Made by a program: the position numbers and the translations under genes
Notes under the pieces: model-generated
Told to the model about the DNA's origin: nothing
The model's input: only the letters and a program-made list of their open reading frames with translations
Databases searched by the model: none
In this document: positions 18,884 to 43,468 of the stretch, piece by piece
How the letters are laid out: every line of letters starts with the position of its first letter
How positions within the stretch are numbered: position 1 is the first letter of the stretch
Assembly: GCA_951406725.2 (NCBI GenBank)
Contig: OX597819.1
Span: forward strand, 74,214,001 to 74,278,000
From: Octopus vulgaris
Taxonomy: Eukaryota
Direction of reading: 5' to 3'
Length of the DNA: 64,000 bases

Positions 18884-19034
18884 GAAAATGCATGCGTGAG
18901 TCTTTGTCTCTGTTTTTAGCCCTCATCACTGCTTCACAGCTATTACTTACTGGTTCGACTAGCAGAAACTGATAGAATAAGAACCAGGATCATCAACATA
19001 AAAAAGCACTAGACCAATTTATCTTTTTTGTTTT

Positions 19035-19091
<57 letters not shown>

Positions 19092-19121
19092 ATATATATA
19101 TATGTGTGTGTGTGTGTGTGC

Positions 19122-19196
<75 letters not shown>

Positions 19197-19548
19197 TATA
19201 CATATATATACGTGTGTGTGTATGCATCGGGTAAAGAAGTATTAATTAAATAATTAATAAATCTTACCAAGTTGTGAAATGATCATGTATATTATACACA
19301 CGGACACACACACACGCACACACACACATATGCATTTCGTAGATAGAAACTAAAAGAAATAAATCGTATATATATATATATAGATATATATATATGTATA
19401 TATGAAAATGCATGCGTGAGTCTTTGTCTCTGTTTTTAGCCCTCATCACTGCTTCACAGCTATTACTTACTGGTTCGACTAGCAGAAACTGATAGAATAA
19501 GAACCAGGATCATCAACATAAAAAAGCACTAGACCAATTTATCTTTTT
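18690..19548. repeat. Local direct duplication (~330 bp block, ~520 bp period) private to unit II
   Basis: gtatgcatcgggtaaagaag...gcactagaccaattt occurs at 18699-19020 and 19220-19540, but only once in unit III (~33895-34190). Confidence 0.85.
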
Positions 19549-19615
19549 GAGTGTGTATGTATATATATGCATATATATTTGTATATACATATATATATGT
19601 GTGTGTGTGTGTGGT

Positions 19616-19657
<42 letters not shown>

Positions 19658-19683
19658 GTATCTCATTTCTTCTAATATAAATA

Positions 19684-19737
<54 letters not shown>

Positions 19738-21661
19738 CATACATATATACATACATCTATGTATATGTGAATATTCATATCTATTACATCAAAGTCAATG
19801 TCTTTATGTGTCTTCGTGCGTTACTTATACATTCGGAAACTACTGCACAGAACCTCATGAAATTTGGAACTTAAAATCCAAGCCTAGGGAGAAGGGTAAT
19901 GCTGTGTGTTTCATACAATTTCATGGACCAAAATTAGTGAATGGTTTCTTATGATATTTGGAACTTAGATTCAATGCTTTAAAGCGGGTATAATGCATTG
20001 TGTTTGGTTTGAATTTCAGATGGTTTAAAGCGGGAGAATCAGTTCCATCAACATCCAAATGCATTTCTGATGCCATCATGAATATAACGTGGAGCTTGAA
20101 TGCAACACTTGCGCTATGGTTGTTGGGTTCTACTCTACAAACATGTTCACTTCTAAGGAGGAAAGGACGTCAATTCCAACGTACTCTGCGACGTCTTGAA
20201 GAAGACATTTTCTTAAGGAAAGTATGAGATTTTTCTGAAAGACTACTCAACACAGGTATGGCCATTTAACAGAGATCAATATCGATCTAATATCGACAAA
20301 AATATTAATTGTGATATTTTGCTTTACTTCATTACGGGTGCCCAATTTCCAGGATATTTTCCCCTACTGCATTTTCTCTAGTGAGGGCAGTATAATATAA
20401 TCTCGTCAAAACAGTGGAAAAACGAAGAAGAGAAGAAAGGTTTTTCTAGGTTTTGCAGCATCTTCATATTTTCCTCTTAGCTGTTTTAATCGTTCTATTC
20501 AAAAGGGGAAGCGATTCCCTCTGGCACAGGGTGGATGGAACGAGTGATAGTTTCCAACTTTGGTTCAAGGCCAGGAATTACTGGTGCTTATTTTATCAAC
20601 ACGGACAGAATATATGTCCTATTGGTGAGATACATTGTAATATATTGTATATAAAATATATATTAAAGATAAAGAAATGAGTGTAACATGAAATATAAAA
20701 AGAAATTGTTTATAAAATATATCAAATCTTTTCATGTCAAGAAATAATGGAAGAAATAGTGAATATAATATGGATGTTTGTAAGGAAGTTGTCATCCACT
20801 CTAAGAACAAAATCAAAAACACAAACAATTGAATATAAAATAAAATAATAACATTTTAATGTTTCCATACAAAAATATAATTCTCATTTATATAATAAAT
20901 AATAAAAATGATATTGACGTATATACCTGTGTGTGTGTATGGTTGAAAGTCTTACAAGACTAATGCATTAGAATATATTTTATTTCCTACTCCGAAAGCA
21001 AGGACCGAATTTTGTGGGGAGGGAGCTTGTCGATAAGATCGATCCCAGTACGCAAGTGCTACTTAATCTATCGACCTCGAAAGGATGAAAGACAAAGTGT
21101 ACATCGGCGGAATTTGAACTCAGAACTTAAACACAGACAAAATAACGATAAGCATTTCGCCCGGTGTGCTAACGAATCTGCCAGCTCGCCGCCTTATGTA
21201 TAATATATATATTAAAGATTAAAAAATAGTATATAGGATAAGGAAATAAGTAATTTATACAATGAATTAAATAACGTAGATATAGGTATGTATATATAAA
21301 TATATATATAGATATATACATAGGTATGTATATATAAAAATATATTTAGATTGATGCGCCATATATATATATGTGTATATATATATATATTGGTGTAATA
21401 CCAATAACATCGATGTTACACGATATTAAATAGAAATATTTATTTCATAAAGGAGAAATATATATTGTTTACGATTATAAACGTGATAACAAAATATAAG
21501 ATAAAAATTAATGGAAATATTGGTATTTAACGATTAATATAATCGTCGATATGATTATTAAGTGGTGAAGCTAAAACACTTCTACATAATTGAAACGATA
21601 CACTTGTATCTGATTTTTCTCTAACTGAGATTGTTTACAGAAGTATTAGAACAGGAAGTAA

Positions 21662-26113
<4,452 letters not shown>

Positions 26114-26184
26114 TTTGTGTGACTTTTCGTTATGAGAAAGGTTTTGAGAGAACGTCAAGTTGTAGTTCCTTTGCTTGTTACGAA

Positions 26185-26415
26185 TTATTGTGTTTAAGTG
26201 ACGATGGAATATCGGCTTATATAGTGGTTTTAGCAGTGATAGATTTGGAAAATCCCATTCTATGTGATGGCCTTCACGAAGCTGGAAGATATCATTTTCC
26301 TTTCCGTATTGTTTAGATTTAGTTTACGAAAATTGCTCGCTTTTATTTCTGGCGGAAGTTGAAGCTTGTACTAATATTTTACTTTCAGTGTGACAGAGAT
26401 TTAGGTTTACGGGAA
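26185..26415 (-). promoter_or_regulatory. Gene B proximal promoter
   Basis: TATATAAG 26216-26223, GGGATTTTCC 26247-26256, TTCCCGTAA 26407-26415. Confidence 0.7.
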
Positions 26416-29400
26416 GAGGAAAGCTTTTATGAATGAACAATTTTTATAACAGTATATAGGTCACAGTCCAATTGCTAGTAGGTTACTTTCGCTTAACGGG
26501 AAATAACCGAGCGGGAAATAGTGCGTTACAGTTTCATGTTAGAAATCGTTGTTACTATCGACGTCGCCAATGGCGTCGTCCTCATCATCATCTCCATCAT
26601 CATCTTCACCACCACCACAACCACCAGAACCACCACCACCACCACCATCACCACCAACACCACCACCACCACCACCAACACCACCACCACCACCACCACC
26701 ACCATCACCCCCACCACCACCTCCACCATCACCACCACCAGAGTGAGATAACGAAACCAATCACTCAGACCTCGTATAACTCCCTCAATCACAACTCACA
26801 TACATTCAGAAATCAAAGGTGTAATATCCCAAAAAACGAATACACGAACTATTGAAAATAATTTACAACCAACAATACCGACAGTCACAAATGGAGAAAT
26901 GTTCTTACGAGGAGAGGAAGGAGGAGGAGGAAGGAGATACGAAACAGAAAAAACAGCATCAATATAAGTATATGGCAAGAACAGAGACCTAGGACAAGAT
27001 AATAAAAATCCTTGTTGCAAGCGCCTGGTTCTCCGTCGGTTATGACGACGAGTGTTCCAGATGATACAATCAAACGAACAGAGTGTTCATGAAATTAACG
27101 TGCATGCGGCTGAGTACTCCACAGACACATGTACACTTAACGTAATTCTGAAGGAGATTCAGTATGATTTAGAATGCGGTATGGCTGACCCCTACTGAAT
27201 TGCGGAAACAACACAACAGTTATAACTCAGGAATAGCAAACATATAGACATTCACCAATGTGACTCTCCCAATCCTTTCTTCGAAGCACAAACGTAAAGG
27301 ATTTGGTCTTCAAAAGCCCAACCATCAACACCATGCGTCAACCAAAAATCCTCAAGAAATAATTAGAAACGATAAACTCACTTATCCACCACCACCCAGA
27401 ATTTTCCGTAAAAACCTGTGGAAATAGCTGATACAGAATTTGAATTAGGCAAAGTTACAACCACTTAGAAATATCCGAGAGATAAAGACGGATATTAATT
27501 GCGAAACAAGAAATCTCTTATGTTACGTAATCTGGTCTAGTCTTAAGGGAAACTACATTGGTTAAACCGGAATCTTCTTGGGTGAAAGAGAGAACATACA
27601 CACACTTTATCCCGACCAAAGGGAAATCCCACTTAGTGAAAATTAACTAATTTGCGATAACAAATTTTTTTTTTCCTGTTTCTCTTTGCTTAAGAGACAA
27701 TCCAATACATATTTTAAAAATTGAGAAGTATTTTTTAAAAATAAATTCTCCAAAATTAACTTTGCTTTAAAAGACTATATATCACAGGACAATGTCCACG
27801 CCTACACTCGCATATCCACGCCCGTACATAGACACCATGTACATCATGAAAATCGCTTGCGTTTTCATTTTATCACGGGGCCTTTTTGTACGTGGATGTA
27901 ATTTTCTCTCCTTCATATTCCACATCATATTCCACATCAGCTATCTCAACAAGCATTTGCAGAAAAAAAAATAAAGAAAACAAATCAGGAGTGAATTTCA
28001 GCCTTGTTAGGTATCTCTTGAGATCCTTAGGTTGATCCTTTTGAGGACCAGGTCCTTTCTCTTCGTGCTTCGAAATGTGGATGTATTCTCTCGCCATATC
28101 GCGGTCCGCCTATCGGGTTTATTATTTAAGCTTACGATGAATCCCCTGTGATGTTGTTTTGCATGTATAATAAAATAAATATATACAAATTATAAGATTA
28201 GTAGAAAAATAGTATACAGTACGGTATTTTTCTACTACGCAGATTTTCACCTATAGCGTAGGGTTTTAGAACCTAAAACCCACAATAGTTGCGGGATTGC
28301 TGCATGTATATATATATATGGAAGAATACGAGTGAAACGCAAATGCATGCGGACTGGAGTCAGGTACGGAAATATTTCGCTGGAGCCCATCATAAATATA
28401 CTTTTCATCATGCTTATCCTTCTTGTTCCCGTTGTGCTTTGTCAACGATGTCGCCGTCATCGTCATCACCATCATCATCCCCACCAACATACGCTGGTGT
28501 CAAGTTTTTGTATATACTAATTTACATATTAAACGCATTTCTGGGGCTGGAATGCAAATATTAATAAATTGTGTAGGCCCCCGTTATTTCGTTATGCATA
28601 ACGTGCCTACAAGTCGCTTATAGTGCCTATGTAGTTTCATCCAGATACCGTATATTACTATGAGGTCATTAATATTTATGCACCGATATATTCTGAAGCA
28701 TAAGTAATCTGAAGCGTCTACCTTTTAGTAAAATATTGGTTAGAGCAAGGATTCTCTCAGCTCTCCCACTTCTTCTTAGATGAATGAATGCCCAAGAATT
28801 ATCATACTGTAGACACGAAACCGGTAAGCTGACAGAATCAGAAGCACTTTGGACAAAATTCTTAGCCACCCGGCAATTTTGATGACCCAGTAGTGTTCAT
28901 TATCCAGCAGTGTTCACTATGTTGTGTTCATACGAATCACAATTCAGTAATGATTACTATCCAACAGCGTTCATTATCCAACATTGTTCATAGCCCCAAA
29001 GAATTTACCGTTCATCTGCGTTCACAATCTAAGAATCTTACTATTTTACAGCGTATATAACTGAATACTGTTCATTATCCAACAGTTTCTATTAAGCAAC
29101 AGTATTTATTTTCTAACATCTAATAGAGATCCTCATATAATGCTGTTCACGACCCAACAATGTTCACTATTCTACAGTGTTTATTACCCAAAACTGTTTA
29201 CTAACGAACAGCATTCAATGTTCAAGACAGACCACTACCCAACAGTGATCATTATCCAAGAATGTCTATTCATGTTGTTCAATATTTAAATACGTACATT
29301 CTCCAAGAGTCTCCGCTGCATATCTGTGTTCACTGACAAACTCAGTCCACCAACCTGCGACGTTCATTATCCGACAGTGTTCACTATCTTGTTTCCTAAC

Positions 29401-31045
29401 AAGCTACGTTCATCATTAATCAGTGTTCACCACAAACCAATGCCCATTATCTAACGTTATTTACAATCCTAAAGCATTCATTATCTCACATTTCTCACAA
29501 TCCAACAACGTACATTATACAACAATGTTAACCATCCTACGTTGCTCGTTATCTAACGGTGTTTACTTGGCTACAATGCTCATTGTCCTGCAGTGTTCAC
29601 AATCCAATAGTGTTACCTATCAGTCAGCCTCATTATCAGATAGTGTACGTCATCTAACAGAGCTCACCATCGTACAATGTTCATTATCCAGCCATGTTCC
29701 TCATCAATGTTTGTGATCTCATGATATTCATTATCCAGAAGTGTTCATTGTATACTGGATGTGATCATCTTTCTCATATATTCTTCATCAAATTCCCATA
29801 CTTACATATTACAGCACATTTTCTCAATCTCTCTCGTAATTCCAATCATTCACAAAGTTTGTCCCGTTTCTGCTTCCGACTTGTTCTAATTCAATGCGCT
29901 GCAGCACTGTCACTCGATTTGAGTTGAAAATGATTGTCATGAAGTGGACATTTTTTTGAGTTATTTTCATATAAAAATCGAAGAGAGCTGGTCAGATAAG
30001 CGTCATGATATATAAAAGTGGAAATTTTCAATAATTTTTATTTAGAAAATATAAAGAAAACACATTTTCTTGAAGAGTCTTACTTCGTAAAGAGGGATAA
30101 TTTCCGGCGAACTAAGTCCAGGCATTGCCAAACGTGGAAACGAGATGGCACAAAAAACCTCTCGCATGGGATTACTAGATACTGACGCTTCTTGTCAATC
30201 ATTCATTCCCGCACGGTGAGAGTTCAAACGGAATACAAGTCTCAGTCTTCAAATTTCGAGTTTAGGCCAGAATTTCAAGAAATGGACGAATTAATTGATA
30301 AGTACACATATATTTCTAGGAATGAATTCGCTAAGCGGAGCTATAGAAATCTTCTAAAGTGCAAAATTAGTAAGGAATCGTCGTATCGAGAACGTTGTTT
30401 ATTTCCTCTCGCTGTTTTGACAACGCGTGGGGAGCGACGTCCGAAGTTTACCGAGCAGATATTCTCTGACATGTAAAAATTGTTTGTCTTCGAGAAATAT
30501 TGGTGAAATGGCACCAAAGTTTATCATTTTGTAATATTGAAGCCCGACGTGATAGGTTTTTCCCATTCTGAATACAGTCGCATTATTTGTCGTAGGGTAT
30601 ATTTTTCACAAGTAAGGCCGATTCGTTTTCCATTTGTTTTCTTTCTTCTCTCTTTCTCTCTCCTACTGACAAGTTCGCTGTTAAAAGATATTTCTATTTT
30701 AATATCGTACTTAGCTCTTAGTCTATGCTGTCTTCCTATCTCCCTCTCTCTTTCTCTCTCTCTCCCTCTCACACACACACACACATTCTCACAACCGCGC
30801 GCACTCACACAAACAGACTAATGTAAAATATATGTGTTTCTTGTGTTCTTTTACTTATTTCTCTCATTATTTTGCCTTTAGTCGAGCAAACGACCGCAGG
30901 ACGCATTCTTTGCAAGCCTATTATTTATTCCTATTGCCGAATCGCTAGCTTCGTAAACACATAAACGTCAGTTGTCAAGCGATAGTTTGGGGACAAACAC
31001 ACAGAAAAATTGATACATACATACATACATACATACATACATACA

Positions 31046-31079
<34 letters not shown>

Positions 31080-31297
31080 CATGCATACATATATATATAC
31101 ACACACACACACATATATATATATGTATGTATGTATGTATATATATTTACATATATATTGTGAATCTATGTATATATATATACATATATATTCTAAATCT
31201 GATGATTACATATTATTTATATATCTATATATATAGATAAAAGTATACAGTTGTGTATATGCATACACACATATATATATATATATATGTAGGTATG

Positions 31298-31385
<88 letters not shown>

Positions 31386-31896
31386 TGTGTGTATGTATGT
31401 ATATTGTAATCTTCCAATGCTGAAACACGTGTAGTTCCTTCATCTTTATATATAAAAAGAGAATGTGTGTCTGTCTGTCTGAGTGCCTGTCTATGTGAGA
31501 ACTGCACAACCAAATTCATTCAAATTTTATACATGCCTTACTCAGAGCCCAATGTAGTGTCATAGTCTAAAAATAGTTTTTAAATGCTTGCCTAGTGCGA
31601 GCCTACAGCAATATCATATCTTCACTATTTCAGTATTAAGTGTCAGAAGTGAAACAATAACATCTCTCTAGCGTTATGTCAGATACTTTCACTTTAATTG
31701 TTTCACTTTAACACTCAAAACTATTAAAGTGAAATTATTGTCTCATGTATAAACAGGCATACATATCTACATCCATATATATATGTGTATGTGTGTGTGT
31801 GTGTGTGTATGTATGTATACATATTCACAAATGTATATATATATAGATATATCTATATACATGTATATATATATATATGTATATATATACATGTAA

Positions 31897-31961
<65 letters not shown>

Positions 31962-32120
31962 GATGTATATGTATACAGGTATATATATATACATGTATAT
32001 GTATAGATGTATTTCTATAGATATACAATATGTACAAAGCTTATCATAATAAAACAAACACTAGGCAGTGTCTCATATTTTTGTTTGCCCACTCGGTGGT
32101 ATCTATTAATTTGTCTTTTT

Positions 32121-32238
<118 letters not shown>

Positions 32239-32470
32239 GTGAAAAGGAACACACGAGTTGATATATATGAAAAAACAAGTAAAAAATAGAAAATGCTAAA
32301 ATAATTTTATAGTGAACATTTCAGTACCGGTTTCGGTCATTTTGAGACCTTTTCAACTGTAACGATTAAATAATTAAATTTAGAAAAATTAGAAGAAAAG
32401 TTTTTTTAAAACAATATTTCTATAGTAGTGTTCAGATTTAAGTGGCATTCTGCCTTTCTCTGACCACAGA

Positions 32471-32998
32471 ATGAACACAATCCTCCAAACACACACGATC
32501 ATAAAAAGCAAAAGACAGCCTAGATCCATGAAAAGTCTCCTTACACAAGCCCGAATTCACTCTTCAACACAGAAGCCGACAGTAAAAAAATGTGGAAGAC
32601 CCAATTGCGGGATATGCGACTATCTAATCGAGGGTTCTGAGTTCTCCTTCAAACAGGGACAACGGTTTACAGTGAAAAGCAACTTCACATGTGCTTCGGA
32701 GAACCTAATATACTCACTAACCTGCTCCGGGTGTCAAGAGCAGTACATAGGCCAAACAAAAAATGGTTTGCGTAAACGAATGGCCCTGCACAGATCCCAG
32801 ATAAAAATTCCCCAAAACAGAAAAATAGCTTTTAGCCAACACATAGATACTTGCGCCAACAAAAAAACACCAAACTTCAGAATTTTCCCCCTCTACCAAT
32901 TTAGGGACGATACAACCTCGAGACAAAGAATAAGTAAAGAAAATCTCTTTATTACAAAATACAAGCCACTTCTTAACGGGTCTACGACAAACAATTAA
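32471..32998 (+). CDS. Penelope-like element C-terminal fragment: Cys linker + GIY-YIG endonuclease
   Basis: CGRPNCGIC...FTCASENLIYSLTCSGCQEQYIGQT...RMALH...E..FI..YKPLLN; the RT part is missing. Confidence 0.85.
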   Translation: MNTILQTHTIIKSKRQPRSMKSLLTQARIHSSTQKPTVKKCGRPNCGICDYLIEGSEFSFKQGQRFTVKSNFTCASENLIYSLTCSGCQEQYIGQTKNGLRKRMALHRSQIKIPQNRKIAFSQHIDTCANKKTPNFRIFPLYQFRDDTTSRQRISKENLFITKYKPLLNGSTTNN

Positions 32999-33716
32999 TA
33001 TACCTCAACTTTAGAATAAAAGAAAAAAATATATATACACACACAAATACTACATTCCATAGAATCCATTACTAATCAGCCCCTTCATAGCTATATTTAC
33101 ACCCATTCATATTCTCCCTTCTCTGTTTTTTTCTTCTTCTTCTTCTTCATCATCATCGTTATCATCATCATCGGCGTCATCATCATCGCCACCATCATCA
33201 CCACCATCTTCTCCTTCTCCTCCTTCTTCTTCTTCTTCTTCTTCTTCTTCTTCTTCTTCTTCTTCTTCTTCATCATCATCGTTATCATCATCATCGTCGT
33301 CATAATCATCACCACCATCACCATCATCTTCTCCTTCTCCTTCTCCTTCTCCTTCTTCTTCTTCTCCACCCCCTACCCCTTAAGTTTGTCACTAATGTTT
33401 TTTAGTATAACACCTACGCTAATTCTATAAACAAGCCTGTCGATATAAATATTCTCCTGAATTGAACTGAGACTGCCAGCCGCCACTGACCATTCAAAAT
33501 ACGACCATCAGGGCACTCCCAGATTCTCCCACCCCCTTTCCTCACCAGCCTTCCCTCTACTACCCTACCAAGAACTCACAACTACCTCGAACACACAAGT
33601 GCAAACAAGGGAGTCAGAGAAAGGCAGAATGCCACTTAAATCTGAACACTACTATAGAAATATTGTTTTAAAAAACTTTTCTTCTAATTTTTCTAAATTT
33701 AATTATTTAATCGTTA

Positions 33717-33754
33717 CAGTTGAAAAGGTCTCAAAATGACCGAAACCGGTACTG
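33717..33754 (+). ncRNA. Minimal hammerhead ribozyme-like motif in the pLTR (mirror copy ~32322-32359 on minus)
   Basis: cag-TTGAAAA-GGTC-tcaaaat-GACC-GAAA-CCGG-TA-ctg; U3-A8 variant core and palindromic stem III. Confidence 0.55.
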
Positions 33755-33803
33755 AAATGTTCACTATAAAATTATTTTAGCATTTTCTATTTTTTACTTG
33801 TTT

Positions 33804-33870
<67 letters not shown>

Positions 33871-34329
33871 TATACATATATATACGTGTGTGTGTATGCA
33901 TCGGGTAAAGAAGTATTAATTAAATAATTAATAAATCTTACCAAGTTGTGAAATAATCATGTATATACTTACACACACACACACATATGCATTTCGTAGA
34001 TAGAAACTAAAAGAAATAAATCGTATATATATATATATATATAGATATATATATATGTATATATGAAAATGCATGCGTGAGTCTTTGTCTCTGTTTTTAG
34101 CCCTCATCACTGCTTCACAGCTATTACTTACTGGTTCGACTAGCAGAAACTGATAGAATAAGAACCAGGATCATCAAAATAAAAAAGCATAAAAAAGTGT
34201 GTGTGGGTGTGTGTGTGTGTATGTTTGTGTGTGTGTGTGCGTGTGTGTGTGCGTGTGTATCTCATTTCTTCTAATATAAATAAATATATATATATATATA
34301 AATATATATGTATATATATATATATATAT

Positions 34330-34927
34330 AGATCAATAAATGGTGGGGTTGTGTTGACCGCACGTGGAGAAATGATAAGTAAGGAAAAAATTTTTTTTAA
34401 ATGCAGAATGCTCAAATGAAAGAAAATTTTAATAAAATGAGAAATTGATAAAATATATAAATATATATTTATTCAACCGGTTTTCGTCATTGTATGACTT
34501 GTCAACAATATTTATGTTTTAAAAACGTTTTTTTTTAAATTAGAAAGGAGAAAAAAAGAAAATTGCATTGTTTTTTGTAAAAGAATAATGATAAAAATGT
34601 ACAAAAATTAAAAAAATAAGTTCTCCGATACATTGTGAGTTCGTTGTGTATCTTGAGTTTTATGGTTGTTTACGAAAAAATTACCTTGAGGTGTTAAGAT
34701 CCAAGGGGATTAAGAGCATGTGTTGTGTTATTAAATTCAGCATGTTTGCAGGACAGGAAGTAGTAGTAATTGTGGTCCTGGTTCTTCAGTTCCTGTGTCG
34801 TGAGTAAGGGGAGACAACTCTTTTGAGTTCTTCAATAAAACCCAAATTATAAAATTATCATTTTAGCTTCATTTGCGTTATCTTTTATATATAATTGCTT
34901 GTTAACTTAACTTTCAGATTTTAACAC

Positions 34928-34932
<5 letters not shown>
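34330..34932 (-). mobile_element. Non-coding Penelope-like 3' fragment inserted in (TA)n
   Basis: Absent from the paralog at ~19685-19730; degenerate hammerhead-like TTGACAA-GTCA-tacaa-TGAC-GAAA-ACCGGT at ~34474-34505 (minus). Confidence 0.55.
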
Positions 34933-34983
<51 letters not shown>

Positions 34984-36794
34984 CATACATATATACATAC
35001 ATCTATGTATATATGCATATTCATATCTATTACATCAAAGTCAATGTCTTTATGTGTCTTCGTGCGTTACTTATACATTCGGAAACTACTGCACAGAACC
35101 TCATGAAATTTGGAACTTAGATTCAATGCTTTAAAGCGGGTATAATGCATTGTGTTTGGTTTGAATTTCAGATGGTTTAAAGCGGGAGAATCAGTTCCAT
35201 CAACATCCAAATGCATTTCTGATGCCATCATGAATATAACGTGGAGCTTGAATGCAACACTTGCGCTATGGTTGTTGGGTTCTACTCTACAAACATGTTC
35301 ACTTCTAAGCAGGAAAGGACGTCAATTCCAACGTACTCTGCGACGTCTTGAAGAAGACATTTTCTTAAGGAAAGTATGAGATTTTTCTGAAAGACTACTC
35401 AACACAGGTATGGCCATTTAACAGAGATCAATATCGATCTAATATCGACAAAAATATTAATTGTGATATTTTGCTTTACTTCATTACGGGTGCCCAATTT
35501 CCAGGATATTTTCCCCTACTGCATTTTCTCTAGTGAGGGCAGTATAATATAATCTCGTCAAAACAGTGGAAAAACGAAGAAGAGAAGAAAGGTTTTTCTA
35601 GGTTTTGCAGCATCTTCATATTTTCCTCTTAGCTGTTTTAATCGTTCTATTCAAAAGGGGAAGCGATTCCCTCTGGCACAGGGTGGATGGAACGAGTGAT
35701 AGTTTCCAACTTTGGTTCAAGGCCAGGAATTACTGGTGCTTATTTTATCAACACGGACAGAATAAATGTCCTATTGGTGAGATACATTGTAATATATTGT
35801 ATATAAAATATATATTAAAGATAAAGAAATGAGTGTAACATGAAATATAAAAAGAAATTGTTTATAAAATATATCAAATCTTTTCATGTCAAGAAATAAT
35901 GGAAGAAATAGTGAATTAATATGGATGTTTGTAAGGAAGTTGTAATCCACTCTAAGAACAAAATCAAAAATACAAACAATTGAATATAAAATAAAATAAT
36001 AACATTTTTATGTTTCCATACAAAAATATAATTCTCATTTATATAATAAATAATAAAAATGATATTGACGTATATACATGTGTGTGTGTATGGTTGAAAG
36101 TCTTACAAGACTAATGCATTAGAATATATTTTATTTTCTACTCCGAAAGCAAGGACCGGAATTTGTGGGGAGGGAGCTTGTCGATTAGATCGATCCCAGT
36201 ACGCAAGTGCTATTTAATCTATCGACCTCGAAAGGATGAAAGACAAAGTCTACATCGGCGGAATTTGAACTCAGAACTTAAACACAGACAAAATAACGAT
36301 AAGCATTTCGCCCGGTGTGCTAACGAATCTGCCAGCTCGCCGCCTTATGTATAGTATATATATTAAAGATTAAAAAATAGTATATAGATAAGGAAATTAA
36401 GTAATTTGATACAATGAATTAAATAACGTAGATATAGGTATGTATATATAAATTTATATATAGATATATACATATGTATGTATATATAAAAATATATTTA
36501 GATTCATGGGCCATAGTGCCATTGGTGTAATACCAATAACATCGATGTTACACGATATTAAATAGAAATATTTATTTCATAAAGGAGAAATATATATTGT
36601 TTACGATTATAAACGTGATAAGAAAATATAAAGATCAAAATTGATGGAAATATTGGTATTTAACGATTAATATAATCGTCGATATGATTATTAAGTGGTG
36701 AAGCTAAAACACTTCTACATTATTGAAACGATACACTTGTATCTGATTTTTCTCTAACTGAGATTGTTTACAGAAGTATTAGAACAGGAATTAA

Positions 36795-41624
<4,830 letters not shown>

Positions 41625-41694
41625 TTTGTGTGACTTTTCGTTATGAGAATGGTTTTGAGAGAACGTCAAGTTGTAGTTCCTTTGCTTCTTGCGA

Positions 41695-41926
41695 ATTATT
41701 GTGTCTATGTGACGATAGAAACTCGGCTTATATAGTGGTTTTAGCAGTGATAGATTTGGAAAATCCCATTCTATGTGATGGCCTTCACAAAGCTGGAAGA
41801 TATCATCTTCCTTTCCGTATTTTTAAAATTTAGTTTACGAAAATTGCTCGCTTTCATTTCTGGCGGAAGTTGAAGCTTGTGCTAATATTTTACTTTCAGT
41901 GAGACAGAGATTTAGGTTTACGGGAA
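41695..41926 (-). promoter_or_regulatory. Gene C proximal promoter
   Basis: TATATAAG 41727-41734, GGGATTTTCC 41758-41767, TTCCCGTAA 41918-41926. Confidence 0.65.
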
Positions 41927-43468
41927 GAGGAAAGCTTTTATGAATGAACTATTTTTATCACAGTATATAGGTCACAGTCCAATTGCTAGTGGGTTACTTT
42001 CGCTTAACGGGAGGTAATCGAGCAGGGAATAGTGAGTTACAGTTTAATGTTACAAATCGTTGTTACTCTCGCCGTCGCCAATGTCGTCGTCGTCATTATC
42101 ATCTCCATCATCATCTTCACCGCCACCACCATCATCACCACCACACCCACCATCATCACCACAACCACAACCACCACCACCACCATCACCACCACCAGAG
42201 TGAGATAACGAAACCAATCACTCCCTCAATCACAACTCACATACTTTCAGAAATCAAGGGTCTAATATCCCAAAAAACGAATACACGAACTATTGAAAAT
42301 AATTTACAACCAACAATACCGACAGTCACAAATGGAGAAATGTGCTTAGGAGGAGGGGATGGGGAGGAGGAAAGGGAGGTGAAACAGAAGAAACGGCATC
42401 AATATAAGAATATGGCAAGAACAGAAACCTACGACTAGATAATAGAAATCCTTATTGCAAGCGGCCTGGTTCTCCGTTGGTTATGTCGACGAGTGTTCCA
42501 GATGATACAATCAAACGAACAGAATGCTCATGAAATTAACGTGCAAGCGGCTGAGTACTACACAGACACATGTACACTTAACGTAATTCTGAAGGAGAGT
42601 CAATATGATATAGAATGCGGTAAGGCTGACCCCTACTGAATTGCAGGAACAACTCAACAGTTATGACTCAGGAATAGCAAACATAAAGACATTCACCAAT
42701 GTGACTCTCCCAATCCTTTCTTCGAAGCACAAACGTAAAGGACTTGGTCTTCAAAAGCCCAACCATCTACACCATGCATCAACCAAAAATCGTCAAGAAA
42801 TAATTAGAAACGATAAACTCACTTATCCATCACCTCCCCGAATTTTCCGTAAATCCTGTGGAAATAGCTAATACAGAATTCGAATTAGGCAAAGTTACAA
42901 CCACTTAGAAATATCCGAGAGATAAAGACGGATATTAATTGCGAAACAAGAAATCTCTTATGTTACATAATCTGGTCTAGTCTTAAGGAAAACTACATTG
43001 GTTAAACCGGAATCTCCTTGGGTAAAAGATAGAACATACACACACTTTATCCCGACCAAAGGGAAATCCCACTTAGTGAAAATGAACTAATTTGCGATAA
43101 CAAGTTTATTTTTTTCCTGTTTGTCTTTGCTTAAGAGACAATCCAAAATATTTTTTTAAAAATTGAGAAGTATTTTTTAAAAATATATTGTCCACAATTA
43201 ACTTTGCTTTAAAAGACAATAATGAAAATATTTTTTTTACCTCCGTCTCGAAATATTTTTTAAGGAGAGATGAAAACGACTCTAAACTGAAGAACTTTTC
43301 GTTTCTCTTCCATATTTCTCTTCCATATTCACGTTTTCTTTTTATAATTTTTAGTGAAGGTTCAGTGAAACGGGACTTTGACATTTTCACTTCTACTCTC
43401 AACAATTTCTTTCTAGTTTTGCTACTCGTTTATTCATTTTACACATATTAGTAGGAATATTGTATGTA

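Noticed and set aside
19775-20385. Possible Helitron relic in units II and III (and ~17870-18030)
   Set aside because: The ends are too degraded to define with confidence
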